Source of the DNA: an archaeon
GTDB taxonomy: Archaea > Aenigmatarchaeota > Aenigmatarchaeia > GW2011-AR5
Length of the DNA stretch: 41,211 nt
Direction: 5' to 3'
NCBI GenBank assembly: GCA_035289125.1
Contig: DATDXW010000064.1
Span: 1-41,211 of the forward strand
Shown here: positions 6,738 through 15,271 of the stretch, piece after piece
Layout: each line of letters opens with the position of its first letter
Position numbering within the stretch: position 1 is the stretch's first letter
Notes under the pieces: generated by a model
Seen by the model: the letters and a program-made list of their open reading frames with translations, nothing else
Databases searched by the model: none
Told to the model about the DNA's origin: nothing
Made by a program: the position numbers and the translations under genes

Positions 6738-6791
6738 GAATATATTTCATAATTTATTTTCGTCTTTTAGTATTATGATTCTAAAGTACCA

Positions 6792-7754
6792 CTAGGCTTT
6801 CCTATAAATCTCTACACGAGCTTCATCTAATGTAAAAAGGCTCCTTCCCACAATGCTATAACATAAAGTTGCGGGCGCATTCTCAAATGTGCTATTAGTT
6901 AATACTGGATCGTCGGTTGGTTCAAGCCCATAGTGTCTCAAACATTCGCTTAATGGAACCTCGTCTCCTTCAGGAATTACTGTGATATAAGAAAATTCGT
7001 CTTTTAATCTAACTGGAAGTCTGATTCTGCTGTTGCTTATATAAGCTTTTATTCCAGATTTTCTGGCATTTACTGATGAAATAGCAAGCCTGCCATCTCT
7101 GTTTAAACTTGCAGCTAACTGTTGGAATTGCCTTGCCAAATCCCCCTCAACATAATCAAAAATATTGTTCATGCTCAGCAAATCCACTCCAGAAACTGAT
7201 AATAAATCGAACACATTGGCCGTTTGTATGTCCAATCTTTCAAGCCTATTTCTCATAGTGTCGTACAAGCGCCGTTCTAAATAACCTAGATTACTAATGC
7301 TCCCGTTATCACCTCTTAATTGTTCCGGCAATTCAAAAAACTGGTTTAAACGGGTCCTGTCCCCTTGTGGAAGCTTTTCCAATATTCGATGGTTCAACCT
7401 GTGGGCATCAGATTTGATTTGTTCTTGTCTTTCCGATATTACATAGCCCGTATCAGACGCATGAAGATCTAAAATATGGGAAAGCAATGCAGCATAATCA
7501 AGCGGGTCATCCAATTGTCTGATTGCCTCCTTTTTCCAGATCCCCACGGCAGTTGCAATAGGATTTACATCAACCGCTATCACACTCTCCACATCGTCTC
7601 GTGCCAGAGAATGTATCGCAGGATCTATTTCTCCGGCATGTAAAACGTTTCTTGCATCGGGATGCACACGAGAAAGATAGCCAGATCTAAAGTTATTTAT
7701 GGTATAAGGCACTTTGTCATGTACAAAGTCAATGCCTTTTAGAGTTTTGTGCAT
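6792..7754 (-). CDS. DUF3419/BtaA-like SAM-dependent methyltransferase-fold protein, AT-rich islet
   Basis: NVLHAGEIDPAIHSLARDDVESVIAVDVNPIATAVGIWKKEAIRQL and VDLLSMNNIFDYVEGDLARQFQQLAASLNRDGRLAISS match the layout of that family. Composition is clearly AT-richer than glyS and pheS. Confidence 0.6.
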   Translation of the reverse strand: MHKTLKGIDFVHDKVPYTINNFRSGYLSRVHPDARNVLHAGEIDPAIHSLARDDVESVIAVDVNPIATAVGIWKKEAIRQLDDPLDYAALLSHILDLHASDTGYVISERQEQIKSDAHRLNHRILEKLPQGDRTRLNQFFELPEQLRGDNGSISNLGYLERRLYDTMRNRLERLDIQTANVFDLLSVSGVDLLSMNNIFDYVEGDLARQFQQLAASLNRDGRLAISSVNARKSGIKAYISNSRIRLPVRLKDEFSYITVIPEGDEVPLSECLRHYGLEPTDDPVLTNSTFENAPATLCYSIVGRSLFTLDEARVEIYRKA

Positions 7755-8080
7755 GCTTTAATTAAGCGATTCCATGTATATAAACATTTCGCTACTATAG
7801 AATAGTGAAAATTGAAAAATTTAAATGTAAGTAACTACTATATAGTGACTATATCAGTGGATTCGGAGTTGATGATAACAAACTGCCGGTAATAGGTTGA
7901 TTAATGCTCATAGCCAGTTTTTACAAGAATAATTAATAGAAACTCAACAGTCACTATTCTTTACTAGAAGCGTTAAGGAAGCTAATTCTTGTAGAATAGG
8001 ATATATTATTTAAAGAAATCCGAAATGGCGTTGATGACCGCCTGTGAACCAATAAAAGCGGAGAAAACAAGAGGATAACG

Positions 8081-9322
8081 ATGTACAAGCTCACAGAAGA
8101 AGGGCGAAAGTATCTTGAAAAAGGGCTGCCGGAGAAGCGGCTGATGGAGCTACTGGCGAAGGGTTCGGTGACGGTTGAAGAATCAAAGAAAATGGAGGAT
8201 TTCGCCGTTGCGATGCAGTGGGCGAAGCGCAACGGCTGGATAAAAATGGAGAACGGAAAGATATCCGTTGGCAAATACGATGGAAAAGTGCCGCTGCAAC
8301 AAGCTCTGGTTGACGTAAAAGCGGGCAAGACAGACGGCTTCCAATTGCAGATACTCCTGTCGCGCAACCTCGTAGAGAAAGAGCGGGACGATATAGTGAA
8401 GCAGGCACATGCTTATCTTGGCAGGGAGATAGCGACGCTTCCTTCGGCTCTCATCAAGACGGGATTATGGAGAGAAGCGAAACTGAAAAAGTACAACGTG
8501 GCGGCAACGGGCAAAACGATATATCCGGGAAGGAAGCATCACTACGCTGCGTTCTTGGATAACGTGAAACACAAGCTCGTTGCCATGGGATTCAAGGAGA
8601 TGACCGGCCCGCTCGTGGAAACGGAGTTCTGGAACATGGACGCGCTCTTCATGCCGCAACATCATTCGGCGCGGGACATACACGACGCTTACTTCGTGAA
8701 GGAGCCGAAGTATGCTAAGGCTCTTGATAGTGATATTCTCAACGCCGTGAAAGCCGCTCACGAACGCGGCACTAAGGAGTCTCGTGGATGGCAATATCAA
8801 TACGACGTGCAGCGGGCGCATCGCCACGTGCTCCGCACGCAGGGAACCGTGCTTTCAGCCAAGACGTTAGCGGCGAAGCCTGAGATACCGGGTAAATACT
8901 TCGCCGCGGCGCGTTGCTTCCGTTACGACGTGATAGACGCCACGCATCTGGCGGATTTCTTCCAAGTAGAAGGTATAGTGCTTGAAGAAGGGCTTACGTT
9001 GCGGCATCTGATAGGCATGCTGAAAATGTTCGGCAAGGAGTTCGCCAACGCGGAAAAAATTAAAGTTACGCCTAGTTATTTCCCGTTCACGGAGCCAAGC
9101 GCTGCACTGTATGCAAAGCACCCGGACATGGGATGGATTGAGCTGGGCGGAGCGGGAATATTCAGGGAGGAGATGCTGACACCGCTCGGCATAAGCGTGC
9201 CGGTGATAGCGTGGGGTATAGGGATAGACAGGATCGGGATGTTCAACATGGAAATAAAGGACATACGGGACCTGTTCAGCACTGACCTGAACTATTTGCG
9301 CAGCATGAGGGTGACGTACTGA
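8081..9322 (+). CDS. pheS: phenylalanine--tRNA ligase alpha subunit
   Basis: MGFKEMTGPLVETEFWNMDALFMPQHHSARD, RTQGT, FRYDVIDATHLADFFQVEG, FPFTEPS, GAGIFREE, AWGIGIDR. Confidence 0.95.
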   Translation: MYKLTEEGRKYLEKGLPEKRLMELLAKGSVTVEESKKMEDFAVAMQWAKRNGWIKMENGKISVGKYDGKVPLQQALVDVKAGKTDGFQLQILLSRNLVEKERDDIVKQAHAYLGREIATLPSALIKTGLWREAKLKKYNVAATGKTIYPGRKHHYAAFLDNVKHKLVAMGFKEMTGPLVETEFWNMDALFMPQHHSARDIHDAYFVKEPKYAKALDSDILNAVKAAHERGTKESRGWQYQYDVQRAHRHVLRTQGTVLSAKTLAAKPEIPGKYFAAARCFRYDVIDATHLADFFQVEGIVLEEGLTLRHLIGMLKMFGKEFANAEKIKVTPSYFPFTEPSAALYAKHPDMGWIELGGAGIFREEMLTPLGISVPVIAWGIGIDRIGMFNMEIKDIRDLFSTDLNYLRSMRVTY

Positions 9323-10956
9323 TGCCAACGATAGAAGTTTCCCGGAAGACGCTAGAAAGGCTGGCGGGAAAGAAGATAACCGAGGATATGCTTGACGCAG
9401 TTAAAGGCGACATAGAAGGGGAAAAAGAGGGCATACTGAAGATAGAAATAGGCGACACGAACCGCCCTGACTTGTGGAGCGTTGAGGGTATTGCGCGCGT
9501 TTTTCGCGAGCGCGGGATACCGAAACTGCGCGTAAAGAAAAGCGGAAAGAGCATAATCGTTAACGCGAACATACAGAAGATAAGGCCTTACATAGCCGGT
9601 TTCGTGGCTAAGAACGTGCCCATGAACGAAGAACTGCTTTTAGACATAATCCAGGTGCAGGAAAAAATAAGCGAGAATTTCGGGCGCAAGCGCGAGAAAA
9701 TATCAATCGGCGTTTACAATTACAGGGATGCGAAATTCCCGCTGCATTACAAGGCTGTGGCACCGAAGAGCGTGCGCTTCGCGCCGCTGGAGTTTACGGA
9801 GCCGTTAGATCTGGATGAAATACTGGATAAACATCCGAAAGGGCATCTGTACGGGCATATTGTCAAAAAACACAAGATGTATCCGCTATTCACCGACTCG
9901 GCAGAACAAGTACTGTCGTTTCCGCCGATAATAAACAGCAACTATCTCGGCAAAGTCCGTGAAGGCACAAGCGAAATATTCATTGAAGTCACGGGCAGCG
10001 ACATAATGCCCGTGAATCTCGTAGTAAATATAATGGCGCTGGCGCTTCAGGACAGGGGCGCAACGATAGAGAGCGTGAATATTGGATATCCGTACGCGAC
10101 GCCGCTCGGGAAAAGGCACGCGACGCCTTACGTCTTTGCGGAGAAACTCGCATTCCCCGAAGCGATGGTGAAGGAAAGGCTTGGGATTGTATTAAAGACA
10201 GGGCAGATAATTTCGCTGCTGCGCTCAATGCAGTACGACGCAACGAAAAAGGGAAATAAAATCGTGGCTACCGTTCCTTATTATCGGCGCGACGTGATGC
10301 ATCCTTTTGACGCGATAGAAGACATTGCGATAGCATACGGCTACGGGAAAATTGAACCTGCCAGTCTGGACAGCTTCACCACGGGCGGGCTTGCGCCGCT
10401 CACCACGAGCACGGAGAAAGTCAGGCGCATCGCCATAGGAATGGGCTTCCAGGAAATAATGTCGCCCATTCTCTCCAATGCGGCTGATAACGAAAAGTCC
10501 CTGAATGAAACGAAGCTCATAGAGATAGACAATTACATGAGCAAAAACTACTCTGCCGTGCGCCCTTCCATAATCCCGTCGCTGCTTCTTGTGCTTAGCA
10601 AGAATTTACACGTTGAATATCCTCAAAAAATATTCGAGACGGGGGAATGCGCTTCTGTTGAAAACGACGAAATAAAAAATGCAACGAAGATAACGCTCTG
10701 CATTGCCGACGAATCCGCGGGCTATGAGGATATTTCTTCTGTAGCCGACGCAATGCTGCGCCTTCTTGGCGTGAAATATACTCTGGAATCATCAAAGAAA
10801 AAGATGTTCATAGACGGAAGGCAGGCGGCGATAAAAGCGAACGGAAAAGTTATAGGAGCTATGGGCGAGATACATCCGCAGGTTCTGGAAAACTGGGGCG
10901 TTGACAAACCCGTAGTTGCATTAGAGCTGGATGTGGAAACGCTGATAACCAGATAG
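9322..10956 (+). CDS. pheT: phenylalanine--tRNA ligase beta subunit (archaeal type)
   Basis: 544-codon ORF whose start overlaps the pheS stop (TGATG). N-terminal MPTIEVSRKTLERLAGKKITEDML and B3/4- and B5-like regions are typical of archaeal PheT. Confidence 0.93.
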   Translation: MPTIEVSRKTLERLAGKKITEDMLDAVKGDIEGEKEGILKIEIGDTNRPDLWSVEGIARVFRERGIPKLRVKKSGKSIIVNANIQKIRPYIAGFVAKNVPMNEELLLDIIQVQEKISENFGRKREKISIGVYNYRDAKFPLHYKAVAPKSVRFAPLEFTEPLDLDEILDKHPKGHLYGHIVKKHKMYPLFTDSAEQVLSFPPIINSNYLGKVREGTSEIFIEVTGSDIMPVNLVVNIMALALQDRGATIESVNIGYPYATPLGKRHATPYVFAEKLAFPEAMVKERLGIVLKTGQIISLLRSMQYDATKKGNKIVATVPYYRRDVMHPFDAIEDIAIAYGYGKIEPASLDSFTTGGLAPLTTSTEKVRRIAIGMGFQEIMSPILSNAADNEKSLNETKLIEIDNYMSKNYSAVRPSIIPSLLLVLSKNLHVEYPQKIFETGECASVENDEIKNATKITLCIADESAGYEDISSVADAMLRLLGVKYTLESSKKKMFIDGRQAAIKANGKVIGAMGEIHPQVLENWGVDKPVVALELDVETLITR

Positions 10957-10962
10957 GCGCGG

Positions 10963-11121
10963 TTACTCCCGCTCTTGGCTCGGTCTCCATCTCTGAGGGA
11001 GCATATCTTTTATCATTTCCTTGCGCCAGTGGCATATGTGGACATCTTTGAAGCACTTCTTCAACCGTTTGCACAAATCGCAATGGTCGCATTCAATATA
11101 TATATTGTCAGCCATTCGCAT
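10963..11121 (-). CDS. Cys/His-rich miniprotein translationally coupled to the MinD-like gene
   Basis: MRMADNIYIECDHCDLCKRLKKCFKDVHICHWRKEM... (52 aa). Its ATG overlaps the TGA of the upstream gene (TGATG). Contains a CxxCxxCx5C cluster plus a further Cys and His residues. Confidence 0.45.
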   Translation of the reverse strand: MRMADNIYIECDHCDLCKRLKKCFKDVHICHWRKEMIKDMLPQRWRPSQERE

Positions 11122-11888
11122 CACCGATTGGTCAAAAGCTTCCACAACCGTTTCTTGAATGGGATTTTCTCCGTAAACGCAACGCCCGCCACGCCCGCGG
11201 CAAGGCGGCGCATGTGATAAGCGGCGTCGGAGTCGGGAGCATGAAGAACCACAGGACGCCGCGCAGCAACGCTTTTCTGCACGCTGACGTCTTCCGGTAT
11301 CTCCGCCAGTATCTCTGCTCCGTCCAGCATCACCTGTATGTCTTCTGTCTTCATTTCGTGCTCAAGTCCTCTCCTCCTGTTTATGACCACGCCGGAAACG
11401 CGCGTGCCGACCTGCTCGGCCAGCTTCGCCGCTTTCAGCGCGTCCGTCACCGAAGTCATCTCTGGATTGACTACAAGAAGCATCTCGTCCGCCGCTTCCA
11501 TTGCAGACATGGCCTCCTTTCCGAGACCGGCAGCTACGTCAACGAGAAGTATGTCCGTGCTTCCCAGAAGCTCTAGCATCGCTGTTGAAATGTCCCGCGA
11601 ATCGACGCCGCGTAAATCGCGGAGAGAGATGCCTGCAGGCACGATGCGCAACCCGTTCTCGTGCTCATAAATCGCCTGACTCATAGACGCGCGCCCTTTC
11701 AGAACGTCGTGAAGTGTCACGGGATAAAGCGGCATTCCCAAATGCATGCTCAGGTTCGGCGTGGTAAGATTCGCGTCAAAAATTATAACATCCTTTCCCA
11801 TCTTAGCAAGTTGCGAGCCAAGGTTTGCGGTAATGGTAGTCTTACCCACGCCGCCTTTCCCCGAACATACAGCAATAACACGTGTCAT
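11121..11888 (-). CDS. minD: MinD/ParA-family P-loop ATPase
   Basis: Deviant Walker A motif (VCSGKGGVGKTT), then DANLTTPNL and LLVDVAAG. Confidence 0.9.
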   Translation of the reverse strand: MTRVIAVCSGKGGVGKTTITANLGSQLAKMGKDVIIFDANLTTPNLSMHLGMPLYPVTLHDVLKGRASMSQAIYEHENGLRIVPAGISLRDLRGVDSRDISTAMLELLGSTDILLVDVAAGLGKEAMSAMEAADEMLLVVNPEMTSVTDALKAAKLAEQVGTRVSGVVINRRRGLEHEMKTEDIQVMLDGAEILAEIPEDVSVQKSVAARRPVVLHAPDSDAAYHMRRLAAGVAGVAFTEKIPFKKRLWKLLTNR

Positions 11889-11940
11889 TCCCGCACCATC
11901 ATAAAATAGTTGTCCTCTTGCTTTTAATGCTTTCCCCGCT

Positions 11941-12330
11941 TCATCCGAGCCGTATAGATGTCACCGTGTCCCTTACGCCGCGTATAGCCCGTATCCTGTC
12001 CATGGACTTGTTCAGGCTCTCAATGGAAATCGCCTTTATTATCGCCACGATATCGTAGCTCCCGGATATTTCGTAAACGTCGCTTGATAGTCCCTTAAGC
12101 GATGCTATTATGCGCTTTGCCCTCTTCGCATCCACGCTTATCATGACAGCAGCTTCAAAGGGGGCGCGGAAATCCACGGTGAATCTCCGTATATGCCCGC
12201 TTTCCATAAGCCTCGCCACCCTGTTCCTTATCGTGCCTTCCGTTACGCCAAGAGCCTCTGCTATGTCTACGAAGCTTTCCCTTGAGTCTTTCTCAAGCTT
12301 GCGCATTATTTTAAGGTCAATTTCGTCCAT
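11941..12330 (-). CDS. Lrp/AsnC-family transcriptional regulator
   Basis: N-terminal HTH (DEIDLKIMRKLEKDSRESFVDIAEALGVTEGTIRNRVARLMESGHI) and a C-terminal RAM-like domain. Confidence 0.9.
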   Translation of the reverse strand: MDEIDLKIMRKLEKDSRESFVDIAEALGVTEGTIRNRVARLMESGHIRRFTVDFRAPFEAAVMISVDAKRAKRIIASLKGLSSDVYEISGSYDIVAIIKAISIESLNKSMDRIRAIRGVRDTVTSIRLG

Positions 12331-12402
12331 TATCTCACTACGATTTTCGTAATCTATTTACGAATTTCAAAATTTAAATAAGCATCCAACGAGAATAACG
12401 GT

Positions 12403-13722
12403 ATGAGAACCGTGATAAAGGCAGGCGGCTCGTCACTGAAAGACGTGGCGGGCGTGAGAATGGTAATAGGGCAGGCGCGTGAAATGGTGGGTGACAGGCT
12501 CGTCGTCGTTTCCGCACAGGGTAAAGAAACTGACAGGATTATAGACGCTATTCAAAAGTCCGGGAATGGTGGAAAGCCGCCGAAGCCGGAGGAGATATTC
12601 CGTGAATTTGAGTCCATGGGCATCCCTTCGTCATACCATAGAGGCGTGAGGGATTCCATATACATGGCGTTTGGGAATGCGGCGAATTTGTCCATTCTGC
12701 CGGAGAGCCAGCGAACCGGCTTTTATCATATGGCAGGGGAAAGGCTGTCCGCCGTGGCGGCGGAATTCGTGGCGAATCAGGAGGGTATTGACGCGGCAAT
12801 GGTGGATTTCATGGACGAAGACTTTCCTCTTGTCGTCCGGGGGCATTATCTCAACGCTTCACCCGATTATGGCGCGTCACGAGTCAACGCACAGACACTA
12901 CTGGAAAAGCACAATGGCCGGATGATTATAGTTCCGGGATACGGCGGCATAGACTACCGGAGCCGTTCAATGAAAGCCCTTGGTAGGGGAGGCTCGGACA
13001 CTGCAGCATTTGCCTACCTTTATGCTTTCAATGCAGACGAGCTTTACATCCTCACGGACGTCAATGGAATACTGGATGGCAATGTGGAAGGCGGGAAAAC
13101 CGTGCCGGAACTGGACATAGACGAAGTGAAGGATGCCGCCACGCTGGGCGCGAAGCTTCCGGGCAGGAAGGCAGTGCAGGGGCTTGAGCTCTGCTACGCG
13201 GAAAATTCGCATCCCGGAGTCTACATAGCCAGAGATGTGCACGGAGAAAGAACTTCCATAAAGAAAGAAACCGAAAAATGCCCTGCGAGGCTTGTTGCCG
13301 GGAGAGAGGTGGCTGCATTCCATGTGGCCGGAAAACTGGCAGGCATGGAGGACGCCCTTAGAAAACACGGCATAGATTTTCCTCTCGGTGCGGGCAGCGA
13401 CTATGCCCATATCGTCGTGGCCGGGGACGTGGCGAGCTATGCCCAAGAAGTCTTGTCTAACTTTGCCATGCGCAAAGGAGGAGACGTGACTGTAAACTCT
13501 GCTGTGCCTATGATATATGTAGGAGTGGTGGGCAATGGCATGCCGGACGCGGCTGGCTCTTTGAACAGGGCTGCAGGCACTTTAACGCACTCTGGAATGA
13601 CGATGGCGTACGGCAGGGATCCCGGCAGGGTTTCGCTGGGATATCTTATAAACGGGGATGCCACGCGACCCCTGCTACAAGATGCCTTGACTGCCCTGCA
13701 TAAAGAATTTATCAGAAAGTGA
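12403..13722 (+). CDS. aspartate kinase-like amino-acid kinase with an ACT-like C-terminus
   Basis: VIKAGGSSL, VVVSAQGKETDRI, LGRGGSDTAAFAYLYAFNADELYILTDVNGILD. Substrate not proven. Confidence 0.75.
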   Translation: MRTVIKAGGSSLKDVAGVRMVIGQAREMVGDRLVVVSAQGKETDRIIDAIQKSGNGGKPPKPEEIFREFESMGIPSSYHRGVRDSIYMAFGNAANLSILPESQRTGFYHMAGERLSAVAAEFVANQEGIDAAMVDFMDEDFPLVVRGHYLNASPDYGASRVNAQTLLEKHNGRMIIVPGYGGIDYRSRSMKALGRGGSDTAAFAYLYAFNADELYILTDVNGILDGNVEGGKTVPELDIDEVKDAATLGAKLPGRKAVQGLELCYAENSHPGVYIARDVHGERTSIKKETEKCPARLVAGREVAAFHVAGKLAGMEDALRKHGIDFPLGAGSDYAHIVVAGDVASYAQEVLSNFAMRKGGDVTVNSAVPMIYVGVVGNGMPDAAGSLNRAAGTLTHSGMTMAYGRDPGRVSLGYLINGDATRPLLQDALTALHKEFIRK

Positions 13723-13783
13723 CGGTCGTTTCTCATTGGCTTCCCTTCCTCTGTGACGAAAGCATACAAGAGGCATTGTGAAA

Positions 13784-13825
13784 GTGACTTTCCGTGCTCG
13801 TGGGTCGTCTTTGGCTTTACTTATT
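13784..13825 (+). repeat. copy of the intergenic P/Q module next to tRNA-Arg
   Basis: In GTGACTTTCCGTGCTCGTGGGTCGTCTTTGGCTTTACTTATT the tail GGGTCGTCTTTGGCTTTACTTATT matches 19393-19416 (GGTTCGTCTTCGGTTTTACTTGTT) at about 20/24. The head matches the GGTGACTTTCGGTG block. Confidence 0.6.
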
Positions 13826-13852
13826 TTCCAAGAAACTCACGCTGGGGACATA

Positions 13853-13962
13853 TGGGCGTGACGCGATTCGAACGCGCGACCCCCTGCTAACCTTTTCGGA
13901 AGCGGCAAAACCTTTTTCCGAATTAGAAGGCAGGTGCTCTATCCAAGCTGAGCTACACACCC
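13853..13962 (-). tRNA. tRNA-Arg (anticodon TCT) with a 35-nt intron at the canonical 37/38 position (intron about 13889-13923)
   Basis: Reverse complement: GGGTGTG TA GCTC AGCTTGGATA GAGC A CCTGC CTTCTA [ATTCGGAAAAAGGTTTTGCCGCTTCCGAAAAGGTT] A GCAGG GGGTC GCGCG TTCGAAT CGCGT CACGCCC A. All four stems pair. The anticodon region can pair with the intron 3' part (CCUUCU with GAAAAGG). Confidence 0.85.
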
Positions 13963-14016
13963 TTGAAAACTGTTTATCAGCAAAGGAATTTAAGCATAGC
14001 CTGAATATAACAAAGC

Positions 14017-15018
14017 ATGACTGTCAAAGTCCTTGTTAATGGCTTCGGAACCATCGGCAAGCGCGTTGCCTGGGCTGTTACGTTGCAGGACGATATGCAG
14101 CTCATAGGCGTTGCCAACCGCTCCTTAAACTCGAATATCAAAAGCATGATGGGCGCGCAGGGGCCGCTGAAAGGAACTAAAATATTCTCTATGGAGAACG
14201 GCGCGGGATTTGACGGAACGCTGGAAGATGCGCTGTCAAAGGCGGACGTCGTCGTGGACGGAATGCCCTCGGGCATCGAAGAAAAGTTCAAGCCGCTTTA
14301 TGAAAAGTACGGCGTAAAAGCCGTTTATCAGGGAGGCGCGGACGAGACCATAGCTCCGGTCAGTTTTAATGCCGACGCTAACTATTCCGCTGCTTTCGGG
14401 AAGAAAGCCGTGCGCGTCGTAAGCTGCAATACGACTTCGCTGATAAGAACGATACATGCGCTGGACAAAGCATTCGGCGTAGACGAGATATTTGCCAGTC
14501 TTATACGCCGCGCCGTGGACCCGGCCGATGATAAAAAAGGGCCGGTGAACGCCGCCGTTCCTGAAACTGAGGTTCCTTCCCATCATGGACCGGACGTTAA
14601 TACTGTTTTGCCGCACATCAATATTTCCACAGTCGCCGTGAAAGTCCCGACAACGATGGCACACCTTCACACTGTCGTGGGCAAAATGAAGCGGAACGTG
14701 ACGACGGAGCATGTCGTGGAAGCTTTTCGTAACGCTAACCGCATCGCGCTTTTCAATGCCAAGGACGGCTATACGTCCACGACTGCCTTAATGGAGCACT
14801 ACCGCGACATAAACCGCCCGCGCGGCGACATGTATGAAGCGGCAGTATGGAACGACTCAGTAAAAGCTGAAGGCAGGAAAGTCTACTGGATGCACGCCGT
14901 GCACTCGGAAGCGATAGTGATACCAGACAATATCGATGCCATCCGCGCACTGGCGGGCATTGAAAAAGACGCTACTAAATCTATAGCGAAGACGAACAGG
15001 ACGCTCGGGATAATTTGA
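14017..15018 (+). CDS. gap: glyceraldehyde-3-phosphate dehydrogenase, archaeal type
   Basis: VKVLVNGFGTIGKRVA Rossmann start, active-site VSCNTTSL, HHGPDV. Confidence 0.93.
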   Translation: MTVKVLVNGFGTIGKRVAWAVTLQDDMQLIGVANRSLNSNIKSMMGAQGPLKGTKIFSMENGAGFDGTLEDALSKADVVVDGMPSGIEEKFKPLYEKYGVKAVYQGGADETIAPVSFNADANYSAAFGKKAVRVVSCNTTSLIRTIHALDKAFGVDEIFASLIRRAVDPADDKKGPVNAAVPETEVPSHHGPDVNTVLPHINISTVAVKVPTTMAHLHTVVGKMKRNVTTEHVVEAFRNANRIALFNAKDGYTSTTALMEHYRDINRPRGDMYEAAVWNDSVKAEGRKVYWMHAVHSEAIVIPDNIDAIRALAGIEKDATKSIAKTNRTLGII

Positions 15019-15271
15019 TTATGGAGGCGTTGAAAGGTATGTGGGTTCCCAAGGACCTACTTATATATAGTGCTTGATTCTCGCCTGAATCCAGAGAAAA
15101 TGCGCCCTTACCAACCTCGTAGCAATCTGATTTAAACATCGAATTCTCTGGAACTTGATGCGCAAATACACTGCGAAGAAGACCGACGCACGGCTGAGCG
15201 AAACTGTCATACAGCATCGGCGCGTCAATTCCCTCGCAGTGGATTTTTAAAGTTGCCGAGGAACTAAATTT

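Noticed and set aside
7866-7915. C/D box sRNA (TGATGA at 7870-7875, TGATTA about 28 nt downstream)
   Set aside because: No CTGA D or D' boxes occur at the required 12-nt guide spacing, and there is no terminal stem. The same negative result applies to TGATGC...CTGA at 15156-15199.
7954-8408. Minus-strand ORFs 7954..8367, 8091..8408 and 8183..8410
   Set aside because: They overlap the 5' part of pheS in antisense, and their translations are Ser/Pro/Phe-rich. The upstream part lies in AT-rich promoter DNA.
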